From an uncultured Actinomycetota bacterium (lineage in GTDB: Bacteria > Actinomycetota > Actinomycetes > Streptosporangiales > Streptosporangiaceae), in contig CAVPIR010000001.1 of NCBI GenBank assembly GCA_963705055.1, positions 1,164,890-1,228,889 on the forward strand: a DNA stretch of 64,000 nucleotides, given 5' to 3'. This document shows positions 48,040 through 57,716 of the stretch, in pieces. The position numbers and the translations under genes were made by a program. The notes under the pieces were generated by a model. The model saw only the letters and a program-made list of their open reading frames with translations, did no database searches and had not been told where the DNA came from. The first letter of the stretch is position 1; every line of letters begins with the position of its first letter.

Positions 48040-49053
48040 ATGAATCCAGCTGAGCCCTTGCAGAAGGCAATGGCCGGGCTGGATGGCTGGCAGCGGCGGA
48101 CTCGCTGGGCTGGCGTGCCTTACGGGGTCGTGAAGAAATTCAGCGACGACAACACCAACCTGCTCGTGGTCAGCCTTGCGTGGTACGGCTTCACCGCCAT
48201 CTTTCCCCTGCTGCTCGTCGTCGTTACGCTGCTCGGCTACATCGGCCAGCGGTCCCTCGGCTCAGGCATCATCAGCACGCTGCACCAATTTCCCGTCGTG
48301 GGCTCGAGCTTCAACCCCGCGAGCCGCAGTGTGCTGCCAGGTAGCCCGGTCGGCCTCGTCATCGGACTTGTCGGCCTCGTCTATGGCGCGCAGGGAGTGA
48401 CACAGACGGCGCAACAGGCAATGGCGACGGTGTGGAACATCCCCCAGACGAAGCGCACCGGCTTCCTGCCTCGCCTAGGACGCAGCCTGGCCGCCTTGCT
48501 GACAATCGGCGGAGCATTTGTCCTCAACGCTTTCGTGACTGGCTACGCAACCACCGGCGGTTCGGGTTACCTCATCCGGATCCCGCTGCTCGTCGGCCTG
48601 CTGCTGGTCAACATCGGGCTCTACTTCGCGAGCTTCGCGGTGCTGACGCCGAAGACAGTGCACGTGCGTCGCCTGCTTCCCGGCGCGATCCTCGGCGCTG
48701 TCGCCTTCACAGCCCTCATCACCATTGGTACCGGGCTGGTGACCCATCAGCTCAGGAACGCCTCAGCGACCTACGGCGCCTTCGGCTCGGTGATCGGAAT
48801 CGTCGCGTTCCTGCTCCTGCTGGCCAAGATCACCATGTACGCCGCGGAACTGAACCCGGTGCTGACCCGATCGCTCTATCCCAGGGCACTGCCCCTTGGC
48901 GGAGAGCCGACTGCCGCCGACCGCCGGGTGCTGGCCGCCATCGTCCATGCCGAACAGCGCAGCGACGACGAGGCCATCGGGGTCGGCTTCGGCGCCGATG
49001 CCGCCAGGCAGGCGGCAGCAGACGCCAGCCGCCAGGCCGACACCCCGCAATAG
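48040..49053 (+). CDS. YihY/BrkB family membrane protein
   Basis: N-terminus ...VVKKFSDDNTNLLVVSLAWYGFTAIFPLLLVVVTLLGY and six hydrophobic segments, typical of YihY. Confidence 0.82.
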   Translation: MNPAEPLQKAMAGLDGWQRRTRWAGVPYGVVKKFSDDNTNLLVVSLAWYGFTAIFPLLLVVVTLLGYIGQRSLGSGIISTLHQFPVVGSSFNPASRSVLPGSPVGLVIGLVGLVYGAQGVTQTAQQAMATVWNIPQTKRTGFLPRLGRSLAALLTIGGAFVLNAFVTGYATTGGSGYLIRIPLLVGLLLVNIGLYFASFAVLTPKTVHVRRLLPGAILGAVAFTALITIGTGLVTHQLRNASATYGAFGSVIGIVAFLLLLAKITMYAAELNPVLTRSLYPRALPLGGEPTAADRRVLAAIVHAEQRSDDEAIGVGFGADAARQAAADASRQADTPQ

Positions 49054-49067
49054 AGACACATCCGAAG

Positions 49068-49550
49068 TCAGCAGGCGGAATCGCCACGCCGGCGACGGTC
49101 GAGCGGCATGACGAACCACAGCACAGCGAACAGGCAGCCGATGAACACGCCGACGACGATGGCGGAGGTATTGCCTTCCACAAAGCTGGTGACCAGGATC
49201 ACGGCCAGGCAGACCGCCAGCGCGACGGCGACGAGGCCGGCGATCGCCATCTTGTTCGCGACTTTGACCAGCGGCTCTTTGAGGTGGTGCCGGAACACCA
49301 GCCGGTGGTACGCGACCGGGGCAAGCAACAGGACCGTCGCGAGCGCGGCGAACAGCAGATCGGCGACGAACAGTCCGCGCTGGGTATGCGTCAGTTTCGG
49401 GAATCCCTTTGTGAACGGGAGTGACAGCAGGAAACCGAACAGAACTTGCACGCCGAGTCCGGCGACCCGCAGCTCCTGGAGCAGTTCCAGCAGGTTGCGG
49501 TCGTCGCGCTCGTCCTTGGTCTCGTTTCTGCCGTCGTCGGCCGTGCTCAT
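49068..49550 (-). CDS. DUF6328-like membrane protein
   Basis: RNETKDERDDRNLLELLQELRVAGLGVQVLFGFLLSLPFT N-terminal signature (family name from memory); 160 aa. Confidence 0.7.
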   Translation of the reverse strand: MSTADDGRNETKDERDDRNLLELLQELRVAGLGVQVLFGFLLSLPFTKGFPKLTHTQRGLFVADLLFAALATVLLLAPVAYHRLVFRHHLKEPLVKVANKMAIAGLVAVALAVCLAVILVTSFVEGNTSAIVVGVFIGCLFAVLWFVMPLDRRRRGDSAC

Positions 49551-52500
49551 GAGCGCAGTCTGACAGGTGCGGCCAGTCGCTCGGGGTGCTCGGCGGGCAA
49601 GTCGCTGGCGTGGGCCAGCAGCTCGGCCAGGTGCATCGCCTCGCGGCCGCCGCTGTCGAGTTCGTGGATCTGGGTGCGGCAGCTGAACCCGTCCGCAAGG
49701 ACAACGTCGCCGGCGGCCGCGTCCCGGATTCTGGGCAGCAGCACCCGTTCGGCCAGTGCCCGGCTCAGGTCGCCGTGACCGCGCTGGAAGCCGAAGTTGC
49801 CTGCCAGGCCGCAGCAGCCGGACTCCAGCGGCTCAGCCTGCGCGCCCGCGGCCTTCAGCAGCTCGGCTTCGGCCTCCCAGCCGAGAACGGCGTGCTGATG
49901 GCAGTGCACCTGGGCGAGCACGTGCCGGTCCACCTCCGGCGGCTGCCAGCCTGGAGTGTGCTCGGTGAGCAACTCGGCCAGCGTGAGCGTGTGGTCGCGC
50001 AGCCGGCCGACATCCTGATCGTCAGGGAACAGGTCGGGCGCGTCGGAACGGAACACGGTCGTGCAGCTCGGCTCGAGCCCGACGACGAACCCGCCAGACC
50101 GTACGTGCTCGGCGAGCCGTGCCACGGTGCGCCCGAGTACCCGTTTGCCGGTGCGAAGCTGGCCGGTGGAGATCCAGGTCAGACCGCAGCACAGCGGCTC
50201 GGCCGGAATGTCGACGGCCCAGCCGGCCGCCTCGAGGACCTGGACGGCCGCCTGGCCGACATGGGGATGGAAGTAGTTGGTGAACGTGTCAGGCCAGAGC
50301 AGCACCGTGCCGCGCGCGTCCGCTGCCACCCGACGTCCGGCCTCGTTCCTCTTGGCGTGCCAGCGCTGCAGGCTCTCCCTGGCAAAGGCCGGCGCCTCGC
50401 GCGGCTCGATTCCGGCTGCGAACGCGGCTGCTCGATCCAGGCCCCTGGTATGCGTGACGGCGTTGGCCAGACCTGCCAGCCGCAAGCCGAGAAACGGCAA
50501 GGGCGGCGGCTGGCAGCCAGCCGAGTGCCAGATCGGACCGCGGCCGGCGCCATGGCCGGCCCCGGTAGTGCTGGGCGAGGAACTCGGCCTTGTAGGTGGC
50601 CATGTCGACGTTGGCCGGGCAGTCCGTCTTGCATCCCTTGCAGGCGAGGCACAGGTCAAGCGCATCGCGGACCGCCGTTGACTTCCAGCCGTCGGTGACC
50701 GGCGAATCGCCGTGGCCGTTCAGCATCTCGAACAGCAGCCTGGCCCTGCCCCTGGTCGAGTGTTCCTCCTCACCGGTCACCTGGTAGGAGGGACACATCA
50801 CCGCGCCGCCCGGATGGGCATGCTGCCGGCACTTGCCGACGCCGACGCACCGGTTCGCGGCCTGCACGAACGAGCCGCCGTCGTCCGGGTAGCTGAAGAA
50901 CAGGTCCCGCGGCGCAGCGGGCGCCCAGTCGGCGCCGAGCCGCAGGTGCTCGTCCAGCCTGGCCGGGTGAACGACCTTGCCAGGGTTCATCCGGTTGTCA
51001 GGATCGAAGACGGCCTTGAGCTCACCGAAGGCGCCGACCAGCCGCTCGCCGAACATCAGCCCCAGCAGTTCGCCCCGTGACTGGCCGTCGCCGTGCTCAC
51101 CGGACAGCGACCCGCCGTGCGACACGACAAGCCGGGCGGCGCTCTCCATGAAGCGGCGGTACGTCGCCACCCCTTCGGAGCTGTACAGGTCGAACGGGAT
51201 CCTGGTGTGCACGCAGCCCTGGCCGAAATGCCCGTAGAGGCTGGGCATCAGGTCGTTGCTGTAGCCGAACTTGTCGTAGAGGCGCTGCAGGTCACGCAGG
51301 TAGTCACCAAGCCGGTCCGGCGCGACGGCGGAGTCTTCCCAGCCTTCGAAGGTGTCGGGCTGGCCGGGAAGGTGTGCGGTCGCGCCGAGGCCCGCCTCGC
51401 GGACCTGCCAGAGCTCGTTCTCGCGCTCAGGGTCGTCGAAGAACTCCACGGCCGGCTCGTGCTCGGTCTCGTGCAGGGCGTCGAGCATGTGCTGCGCGGC
51501 CTTGTCGACTTCGTCGCGGCTGGTGCCGCCGAATTGCACCATCAAGAAGGCCGACCCGGCCGGCAATTCCTGCAGCGCTTGCGGGTTGAGGTGCTTGACC
51601 TGCTGGTCGCGGATCAGCCGGTGGTCGAGCCCCTCGAGCGCGATCGGCTGGTGCGGCAGGATCGCAGGCACGGCGTCAGCGGCCTTGTCGATGCTCGGGT
51701 AGCCGAGCACGACCAGGCTGCGCTCCGGCAGGACCGGCAGCAGCTTGAGCTTGGCCCGCAGCACGGTGATGAGCGTCGACTCGCTGCCGACCAGCAGGCC
51801 CGCGACGTCGAAGCCATGCTCGGGCAGCAGGGAGTCCAGGTTGTAGCCGGAGACCCGGCGCGGGATGGCCGGGTAGCGCGTTCTGATGTCCTCCGCGTAC
51901 GTCTCACCGAGCCGGCGCAGCCGCCGGTATATCTCGGCCCTGCGGTCGCCGCGCCGCTCAAGCTCGTCGGTATTCCTCGTCGCTGGTGGGCCCGCACCAG
52001 AACCTGGTGCCGTCGTAGAGCAGCACTTCAAGCGCCGCGATGTTGTCGACGACCTTGCCGGTGCGCTGTGCCGTCGCGCCGCAGGAGTTGTTCCCGATCA
52101 TGCCGCCGAGCGTGCAGTTCATGTGCGTGGCCGGCTCGGGCCCGAACCTCACCTTGCGCGGCGCCAGCTCGGCGTTGAGCATGTCGAGCACGATCCCCGG
52201 CTCGACGACACAGGTCGTCGCGTCGGCGGCGACGCTGACGACGCGGTTGCAGTACTTCGACCAGTCGAGCACGACGGCCTCGTTGGTGCACTGGCCAGCC
52301 AGGCTGGTCCCGCCGCCGCGGGATAGCACAGGCGCACCGTACTCACGGCAGACCGCGACCGCCTCGACGGCCGCATCGACGGTGCGCGGGACGACCACGC
52401 CGATCGGAACCTGGCGGAAGTTCGAGGCGTCGGTCGAGTAGGCGGCGCGGCTGCCAGCGTCGAAGCGGACCTCGCCGTCGACCCGGCTCGCGAGCGCGCG

Positions 52501-52551
52501 CTCAAGGTCAGATGCCGTCCCGGGGCCTGGTGTCATCGCCAACTTGCTCAT
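49547..52551 (-). CDS. FAD-binding + (Fe-S)-binding oxidase, glycolate/D-lactate oxidase-like (~1000 aa); 1-nt insertions near ~51972 and ~50497
   Basis: FAD-PCMH N-terminus (VVVPRTVDAAVEAVAVCREYGAPVLSRGGGTSLAGQ), a central 4Fe-4S Cys cluster region (CVGVGKCR..., CLACKGCKTDCP) and CCG-type C-terminal domains (PLCCGLTW, ESGCCGLAGNFG). The three ORF-track pieces join at TSDEEY-DELERRGD and near GWLPAAALA-FLGLRLAG. Confidence 0.82.
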
Positions 52552-52655
52552 CGCCGCTCTCCACTGCCCCCTCCTGGCACCTCAAACATCGGCCGGCATG
52601 TTTGCTGCCTGAGTTCCAGGACAGTCGGTTGCGAGCGAGAACGAGGAGGTTCACC

Positions 52656-54422
52656 GTGGCACGGATCGCATCAGAGGCCATCATCGAGCGGCTCGCCGAC
52701 TGGGGCGTGGATACCGTCTTCGGGATACCGGGCGACGGCATCAACGGCATCATGGAAGGGCTGCGCAGGCACCAGGACCGGGTCAGGTTCGTGCTCGTGC
52801 ACCATGAAGAGGCAGCCGCATTCATGGCGACCGGATACGCGAAGGCAACCGGCAAGATCGGTGTCTGCCTCGCCACCTCAGGACCTGGCGGAATTCACCT
52901 GCTTAACGGGCTCTACGACGCCAAGCTCGATCATCAGCCGGTCTTGGCGATCACGGGCATGCAAGAGACCTCCGTGCTGGGTACCGGCTACCAGCAGGAA
53001 GTCAATCTGGACAAGCTTTTCAGCGATGTCGCTGAGTACGACCAGATGGTCTACAACCCGGCGCAGCTCCCCACGGTCGTGGACAACGCCATCCGCACCG
53101 CGTACGCACGTCGCGGCGTCGCCCACATCACGGTTCCCAATGACATCCAGGTCGCCGACGCTGACGCCGATCCGTGGGCGCACGTGGCGCCCGCCAGGTC
53201 ACCGCACACCGCACCGGTGATGCTGTCGGCTCCCGGCCGGCCAGAGGAACATGACCTGCAGGCGGTCGCCCGTCTGCTTGAGGACGGCAGCAAGATCGCG
53301 ATACTGGTCGGCGCCGGGGCCCTGCATGCTCGCGACGAGGTACTCGAGCTCGCCGAGGTCCTCGCCGCCCCGGTGGTGAAGACCCTCTCGGGCAAGGCCG
53401 TGATTCCTGACGACTCGCCGTACACGACCGGCGGCATCGGCCTGCTCGGTACCCGGCCGACCGAGGAGCTGATGGACGAGATCGACACGCTGCTCATGGT
53501 CGGGACGAACTTCCCCTACACCAAGCACCTGCCCGCGCCGGGCAAGGCGAAGGTTGCGCAAATCGAAGCCGACCCGGTCCGTGCCGGGTCCAGAGTTGCG
53601 ACCGATGTCCCCGTCGTCGGTGACGCGAAGCTCGCGTTGCAGGGCCTGCTCCCGATGCTCAAGCGGCGCACAGACACCTCGTTCCTGGACAAGTACACCA
53701 AGGCGATGGACAAGTGGCGGGACCAGATGCACGCGCAGCACGACGCGGCCAGGGACCCGATCGCGCCGCAGTTCGTGGTCGGCATGCTCGACCAGCTGGC
53801 CGCCGATGACGCGATCATGACCTGCGACAGCGGCACCATCGCCACCTGGGCAGCGCGGCACTGGACGATCAGGGGCGACCGCAAGTTCTACCTGTCGGGC
53901 AATCTGGCCAGCATGGCGCCCGGTCTGCCGTACGCGATCGGCATCCAGCACGCCTTCCCCGGCCGGCAGGTCATCGCCTACGTCGGCGACGGCGGGTTCG
54001 CCATGCTCATGGCCGAGTTCCTGACCGCCATTCAGCACAAGCTGCCGGTCAAGGTCGTCATCAACAACAACAACTCGCTCGGCCAGATCCTGTGGGAGCA
54101 GATGGTCCTCGGCTATCCCGAGCACGGCGTCCGTTACCCGTCGCCCCCCACCAACTTCGCTGCCTTCGCCCGTGCCAACGGCGGCCTGGGGATCAAGGTC
54201 GAGCGTCCCGCCGATGTCCAGGGCGCGATCAGCCAGGCCCTGGCGCACGACGGGCCCGCACTGGTCGACGTGAACGTCAATCCCGACGAGCCCCCGCTCC
54301 CCGGCAAGGTGGAATACAAGCAGGCGGTGAAGTTCGCCGAGGCCTTCCTGCGCGGCCAGCCGCGCAAGGCCACGATCGCGACGACCTTGTTCAAGGACAA
54401 GATCGAGCAGCTCAAGGCCTGA
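52656..54422 (+). CDS. Thiamine-diphosphate enzyme, pyruvate oxidase / pyruvate dehydrogenase (quinone) PoxB-like
   Basis: GTG 52656 follows AGGAGG. VFGIPGDGINGIMEGL, HEEAAAFMATGYAK and the ThDP motif GDGGFAMLMAEFLT...NNNN; 588 aa. Confidence 0.85.
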   Translation: MARIASEAIIERLADWGVDTVFGIPGDGINGIMEGLRRHQDRVRFVLVHHEEAAAFMATGYAKATGKIGVCLATSGPGGIHLLNGLYDAKLDHQPVLAITGMQETSVLGTGYQQEVNLDKLFSDVAEYDQMVYNPAQLPTVVDNAIRTAYARRGVAHITVPNDIQVADADADPWAHVAPARSPHTAPVMLSAPGRPEEHDLQAVARLLEDGSKIAILVGAGALHARDEVLELAEVLAAPVVKTLSGKAVIPDDSPYTTGGIGLLGTRPTEELMDEIDTLLMVGTNFPYTKHLPAPGKAKVAQIEADPVRAGSRVATDVPVVGDAKLALQGLLPMLKRRTDTSFLDKYTKAMDKWRDQMHAQHDAARDPIAPQFVVGMLDQLAADDAIMTCDSGTIATWAARHWTIRGDRKFYLSGNLASMAPGLPYAIGIQHAFPGRQVIAYVGDGGFAMLMAEFLTAIQHKLPVKVVINNNNSLGQILWEQMVLGYPEHGVRYPSPPTNFAAFARANGGLGIKVERPADVQGAISQALAHDGPALVDVNVNPDEPPLPGKVEYKQAVKFAEAFLRGQPRKATIATTLFKDKIEQLKA

Positions 54423-54435
54423 GCGGGAGCAGGCG

Positions 54436-55380
54436 ATGACCGAGCGAGAATTGACAGCGCCGACCATCGAGATCGGCGGGCACGTCATCACGCTCACCGA
54501 CCCAGACAAGGAGATGTTCGCCAACGGCATCACCAAGCGCGACCTGGTTGAGTACTACGTGGCTGCCGCGCCGGCGATGATCCCGCTGATGAAGGACCGC
54601 CCGGTGGTGATGATGCGCTATCCGGACGGCATCAGCGGCGCGCGCATAGTTCAGAAGAACATCCCTGACTATTTTCCGGACTGGATCAGCCGGGCGGAGG
54701 TGCCCAAGCGGGAAGGCGGCGCGGTCCGCCACGTCATCTGCGACAACGCGGCCACTCTCGCCTACCTGGCCAACCAGGCGATCGTCGAGCCGCACATCTT
54801 CCTGGCCAGGTCCGTCAGCCCGGAGCGAGCGCAGGAGGTGGTCTTTGATCTGGACCCGCCGGGCGCGAGCACGTCGTTCGGCCCGGTGCGCCGCAGCGCA
54901 CTGGTGCTGCGGGACCTGCTCGAGTCCGAGCTCGGGCTGACAGCGTTCGTCAAGACAACTGGCGGCTACGGACTGCACGTGCACGTGGCTCTGGACGGGC
55001 GGGAGGAAGTCGACTCCGCCCGCGCGTTCGCCCGCGGCGTCGCCGAGGTGCTCGTCGCCAGGGACCCGGAAATGTTCACGGCGAGCCAGCGGATTAGCCT
55101 CGCGCGGCGGCTCGATCTACATCGACATCATGCGAAACGCGTATGCCCAGACGGTCGTCGCCGCCTACGCGGTGCGCGCCAGGCCCGGCGCCCCGATAGC
55201 GACGCCGGTCTCGTGGGACCGAGATGGCGGACACGAGCCTGACCCCTCGCAAGTTCACGCTGCGCGGCGCCACTGCTCGCCTAGCCGAGATCGGCGCGGA
55301 CCAGGATCCGTGGGCCGCCTTCGGGCAGAGCCAGGTACAGCGTCGCTGCCGCCCAGCGCAAGCTCGACGGCCTGAGCTAG
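54436..55380 (+). CDS. NHEJ LigD polymerase/primase-domain protein (~313 aa); three 1-nt insertions (~55105, ~55225, ~55330)
   Basis: ITLTDPDKEMFANGITKRDLVEYY...VVFDLDPPG...FVKTTGGYGLHVHVAL, then IYIDIMRNAYAQTVVAAYAVRARPGAPIATPVSW in the next frame, then MADTSLTPRKFTLRG...DPWAAF, then back to the first frame with stop 55378-55380. No ligase domain or Ku gene in the window. Confidence 0.78.
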
Positions 55381-55703
55381 CGGCTCAGCGCCCTTTGCAA
55401 CTGTGCCTTGGTCATTGAGGAGCGGCCCTTGATCCCGCGCTGCCTGGCTTCGTTGTACAGCTGCTTGTAGGTCGGCCCGGCCGCGCCGCGGTGCGACCGC
55501 AACCCGCCGCGGCGCGATGAGGAGATGTCCTCGATCGAGCTGCGGCTTGCCGTCCGCGCCTGACCAGACCTGGCCCGCTCCTTATTCACTGTCCGGGCCG
55601 CGATCTCCGCCGCCCGCTCCGGGCTCTCGCCTCGTGCCCGGGCGCTGTCCTTGATGTGCTCGTACTGTCGTTCCCGTTTCGGACTTGAACCTCGTGGCAT
55701 CAC
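55377..55703 (-). CDS. Small conserved actinobacterial protein with C-terminal Rho_N/SAP-like motif
   Basis: MPRGSSPKRERQYEHIKDSARARGESPERAAEIAARTVNKERARSG...YKQLYNEARQRGIKGRSSMTKAQLQRAL; 108 aa. Confidence 0.75.
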   Translation of the reverse strand: MMPRGSSPKRERQYEHIKDSARARGESPERAAEIAARTVNKERARSGQARTASRSSIEDISSSRRGGLRSHRGAAGPTYKQLYNEARQRGIKGRSSMTKAQLQRALSR

Positions 55704-55712
55704 GCACCTCCG

Positions 55713-56939
55713 TCAGTTGCGGAAATCTCCGAGAGCCGGCGGCCCGCTCGGCCTGAGCAAGCCGCGGTCCAGGTCGGCGAGAGTGGCCGCGCCGCAGAGA
55801 CCCATCGACATGCGCAACTCCTGCGTGAGGATGTCGATGGCGTGGCGCACGCCAGCTTCTCCGGCCGCCGCAAGGCCGTACAGGTGGGCCCGTCCGACCA
55901 GGACGGCGCGCGCTCCAAGCGCCAGCGCGGTCACGATGTCGGATCCACGCCTGAACCCTGAATCGACAAGCACCTCGATCCGGTCGCCAACCGCGTCGAC
56001 GATGTCGGGCAGGACCTCCAGCGTCGCGGGCAGGTGATCCATTTGCCTGCCGCCGTGGTTGGAGACGATGACGGCATCGGCGCCGTGATCGGCCGCCCGC
56101 GCGGCTTCGTCTTGGCGCAGCACGCCCTTGACCGCGATCGGACCGTCCCACGATTCGCGGAGCCAGTCCAGGTCATCCCAGCGAAGTGTCCCGTCGAACA
56201 TCTGCTTCATTTGCTGCCTGGATGTCGGTCCGTGCATCGACAGATTCGGGAAGTCGGGAGCCGGAGAGGTCAGGAAGTGCCACGCCCAGGAAGGGTGACG
56301 GGCGCCATCGAGCACTGTGCGCAGGGTGAGTTCGGGAGTGGGTAGTTCGATGCCGCGATGCGATTCGCGGTCCCGCTCCGATCGCACCGTGGTGTCCGCG
56401 CTCAGCAGCAGGGCGCGGTACCCGGCCGCCTTCGCCCTGGCCAGCAGGTCCTTGGCAACCGACCTGTCGCCCCACAGGTATAGCTGGAACCACAGCGGGC
56501 TGCCGTCAGCGGCATCTGCGATCGCTTCCAGCGGTTGTGTCGCGAGCGTCGAGACGCCGTAAGTCAGGCCGGCCTTGCTGGCTGCCCGGGCCACGGCGAG
56601 CTCCCCTTCGTGGTGGAACATCCGAGGCGCCCCGACCGGCGATAGGACGATCGGCACGGGCATGGCGGTGCCCAGAACGGTCGTCGCGGTCTGCACCTGG
56701 CTGACATCGCGCAGGATGCGAGGGAGGAACTCCACCTCCCCGAACGCCTCGCGGTTGCGGCGCAGCGTCCACTCGTCCTCGCCGCCGCCGTCCAGGTAGG
56801 CGGCCGCCCCGGCCGGCAGTCGCTTGCGGGCTAGATCGGCGAGGTCGTCAATGTCGTAGCAGCGCGCCAGCGCGCGCACGCCGTATGGCGCATCCGGCTG
56901 GCCAAGATGAATCAGGTCCCGTATGTCCGACAGCTTCAT
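55713..56939 (-). CDS. FMN-dependent alpha-hydroxy-acid oxidase/dehydrogenase (LldD / lactate monooxygenase-like)
   Basis: Intact 408-aa TIM-barrel flavoenzyme pattern: ...PIVLSPVGAPRMFHHEGE..., WFQLYLWGD, IVSNHGGRQMDHLPATLEVLPDI, DSGFRRGSDIVTALALGA. Confidence 0.85.
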   Translation of the reverse strand: MKLSDIRDLIHLGQPDAPYGVRALARCYDIDDLADLARKRLPAGAAAYLDGGGEDEWTLRRNREAFGEVEFLPRILRDVSQVQTATTVLGTAMPVPIVLSPVGAPRMFHHEGELAVARAASKAGLTYGVSTLATQPLEAIADAADGSPLWFQLYLWGDRSVAKDLLARAKAAGYRALLLSADTTVRSERDRESHRGIELPTPELTLRTVLDGARHPSWAWHFLTSPAPDFPNLSMHGPTSRQQMKQMFDGTLRWDDLDWLRESWDGPIAVKGVLRQDEAARAADHGADAVIVSNHGGRQMDHLPATLEVLPDIVDAVGDRIEVLVDSGFRRGSDIVTALALGARAVLVGRAHLYGLAAAGEAGVRHAIDILTQELRMSMGLCGAATLADLDRGLLRPSGPPALGDFRN

Positions 56940-57076
56940 CCGGTCCCGCTACCCGGCCAGCCGACCACCGAACATCTTTGAGGGCTTTATTGCCGAGTTC
57001 CCCCGCAAGGGTCCGCAGCGCGGCTCAGCCGGCAAGCCCGCTCAGGCGATGAGACGATGGGTCAGAAGGAGAGACC

Positions 57077-57439
57077 ATGCCCTACGACCAGGACCTCGCC
57101 GAACGGGTACGCGAAGCCGTCGCCGACATTGACGGCGAGATCACCGAGGTAAACATGTTCGGCGGGCTCGCGTTCCTGCTCAACGGCAACATGTTCACCG
57201 GCATCGTCGGCAGCGACCTCATGCTCCGCCTCGGAGCACCGGCCACCGACGCCGCCCTGCGGCGCGAGCACGTCCGCCACATGGACTTCACCGGACGGCG
57301 GTCGAAGTCCATGGTCTTCGTCGAACCCGCCGGGCTGACCGGACCCGCGCTCACAGAATGGGTCACCCAAGCCGCCGCCTTCGCCGCCGCCCTGCCAGCG
57401 AAACCACGCAGGCCCCGAGCATCTCGGCCAGCCAGCTGA
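57077..57439 (+). CDS. TfoX/Sxy N-terminal domain family protein
   Basis: LAERVREAVADIDGEITEVNMFGGLAFLLNGNMFTGIVGSDLMLRLG is the typical TfoX_N pattern; 120 aa. Confidence 0.8.
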   Translation: MPYDQDLAERVREAVADIDGEITEVNMFGGLAFLLNGNMFTGIVGSDLMLRLGAPATDAALRREHVRHMDFTGRRSKSMVFVEPAGLTGPALTEWVTQAAAFAAALPAKPRRPRASRPAS

Positions 57440-57716
57440 CCCGACGCGAGCGTGAACGGCCGTATTGAGTTGGTGAGGGCTCTATCTACCGTGGGCATTC
57501 TGATCCGACTTGAACGACTCGGGAACTGCGCGATCTTCGTATGCCGCAATACTTGCCAATCCTTGGCCGTTGGAGGGTAATAGAACCAGTTTCATCGGCG
57601 GACGTCGCCCGATCAATGCCATTTCGCAGGCAGCGCCGGTGCATGGATGCTGAAGCGCCCAGAAAGGCCAGATGGCCCGACGCGGTCTGGCCCGCGTCAT
57701 TAGTCGGAGGTGCGTT

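Noticed and set aside
57482-57595. 37-aa minus-strand ORF (MKLVLLPSNGQGLASIAAYEDRAVPESFKSDQNAHGR) at the edge of the low-GC island
   Set aside because: Too short, with no clear RBS or recognisable family. It could be a gene fragment left at the insertion boundary, but I cannot support it as a feature.
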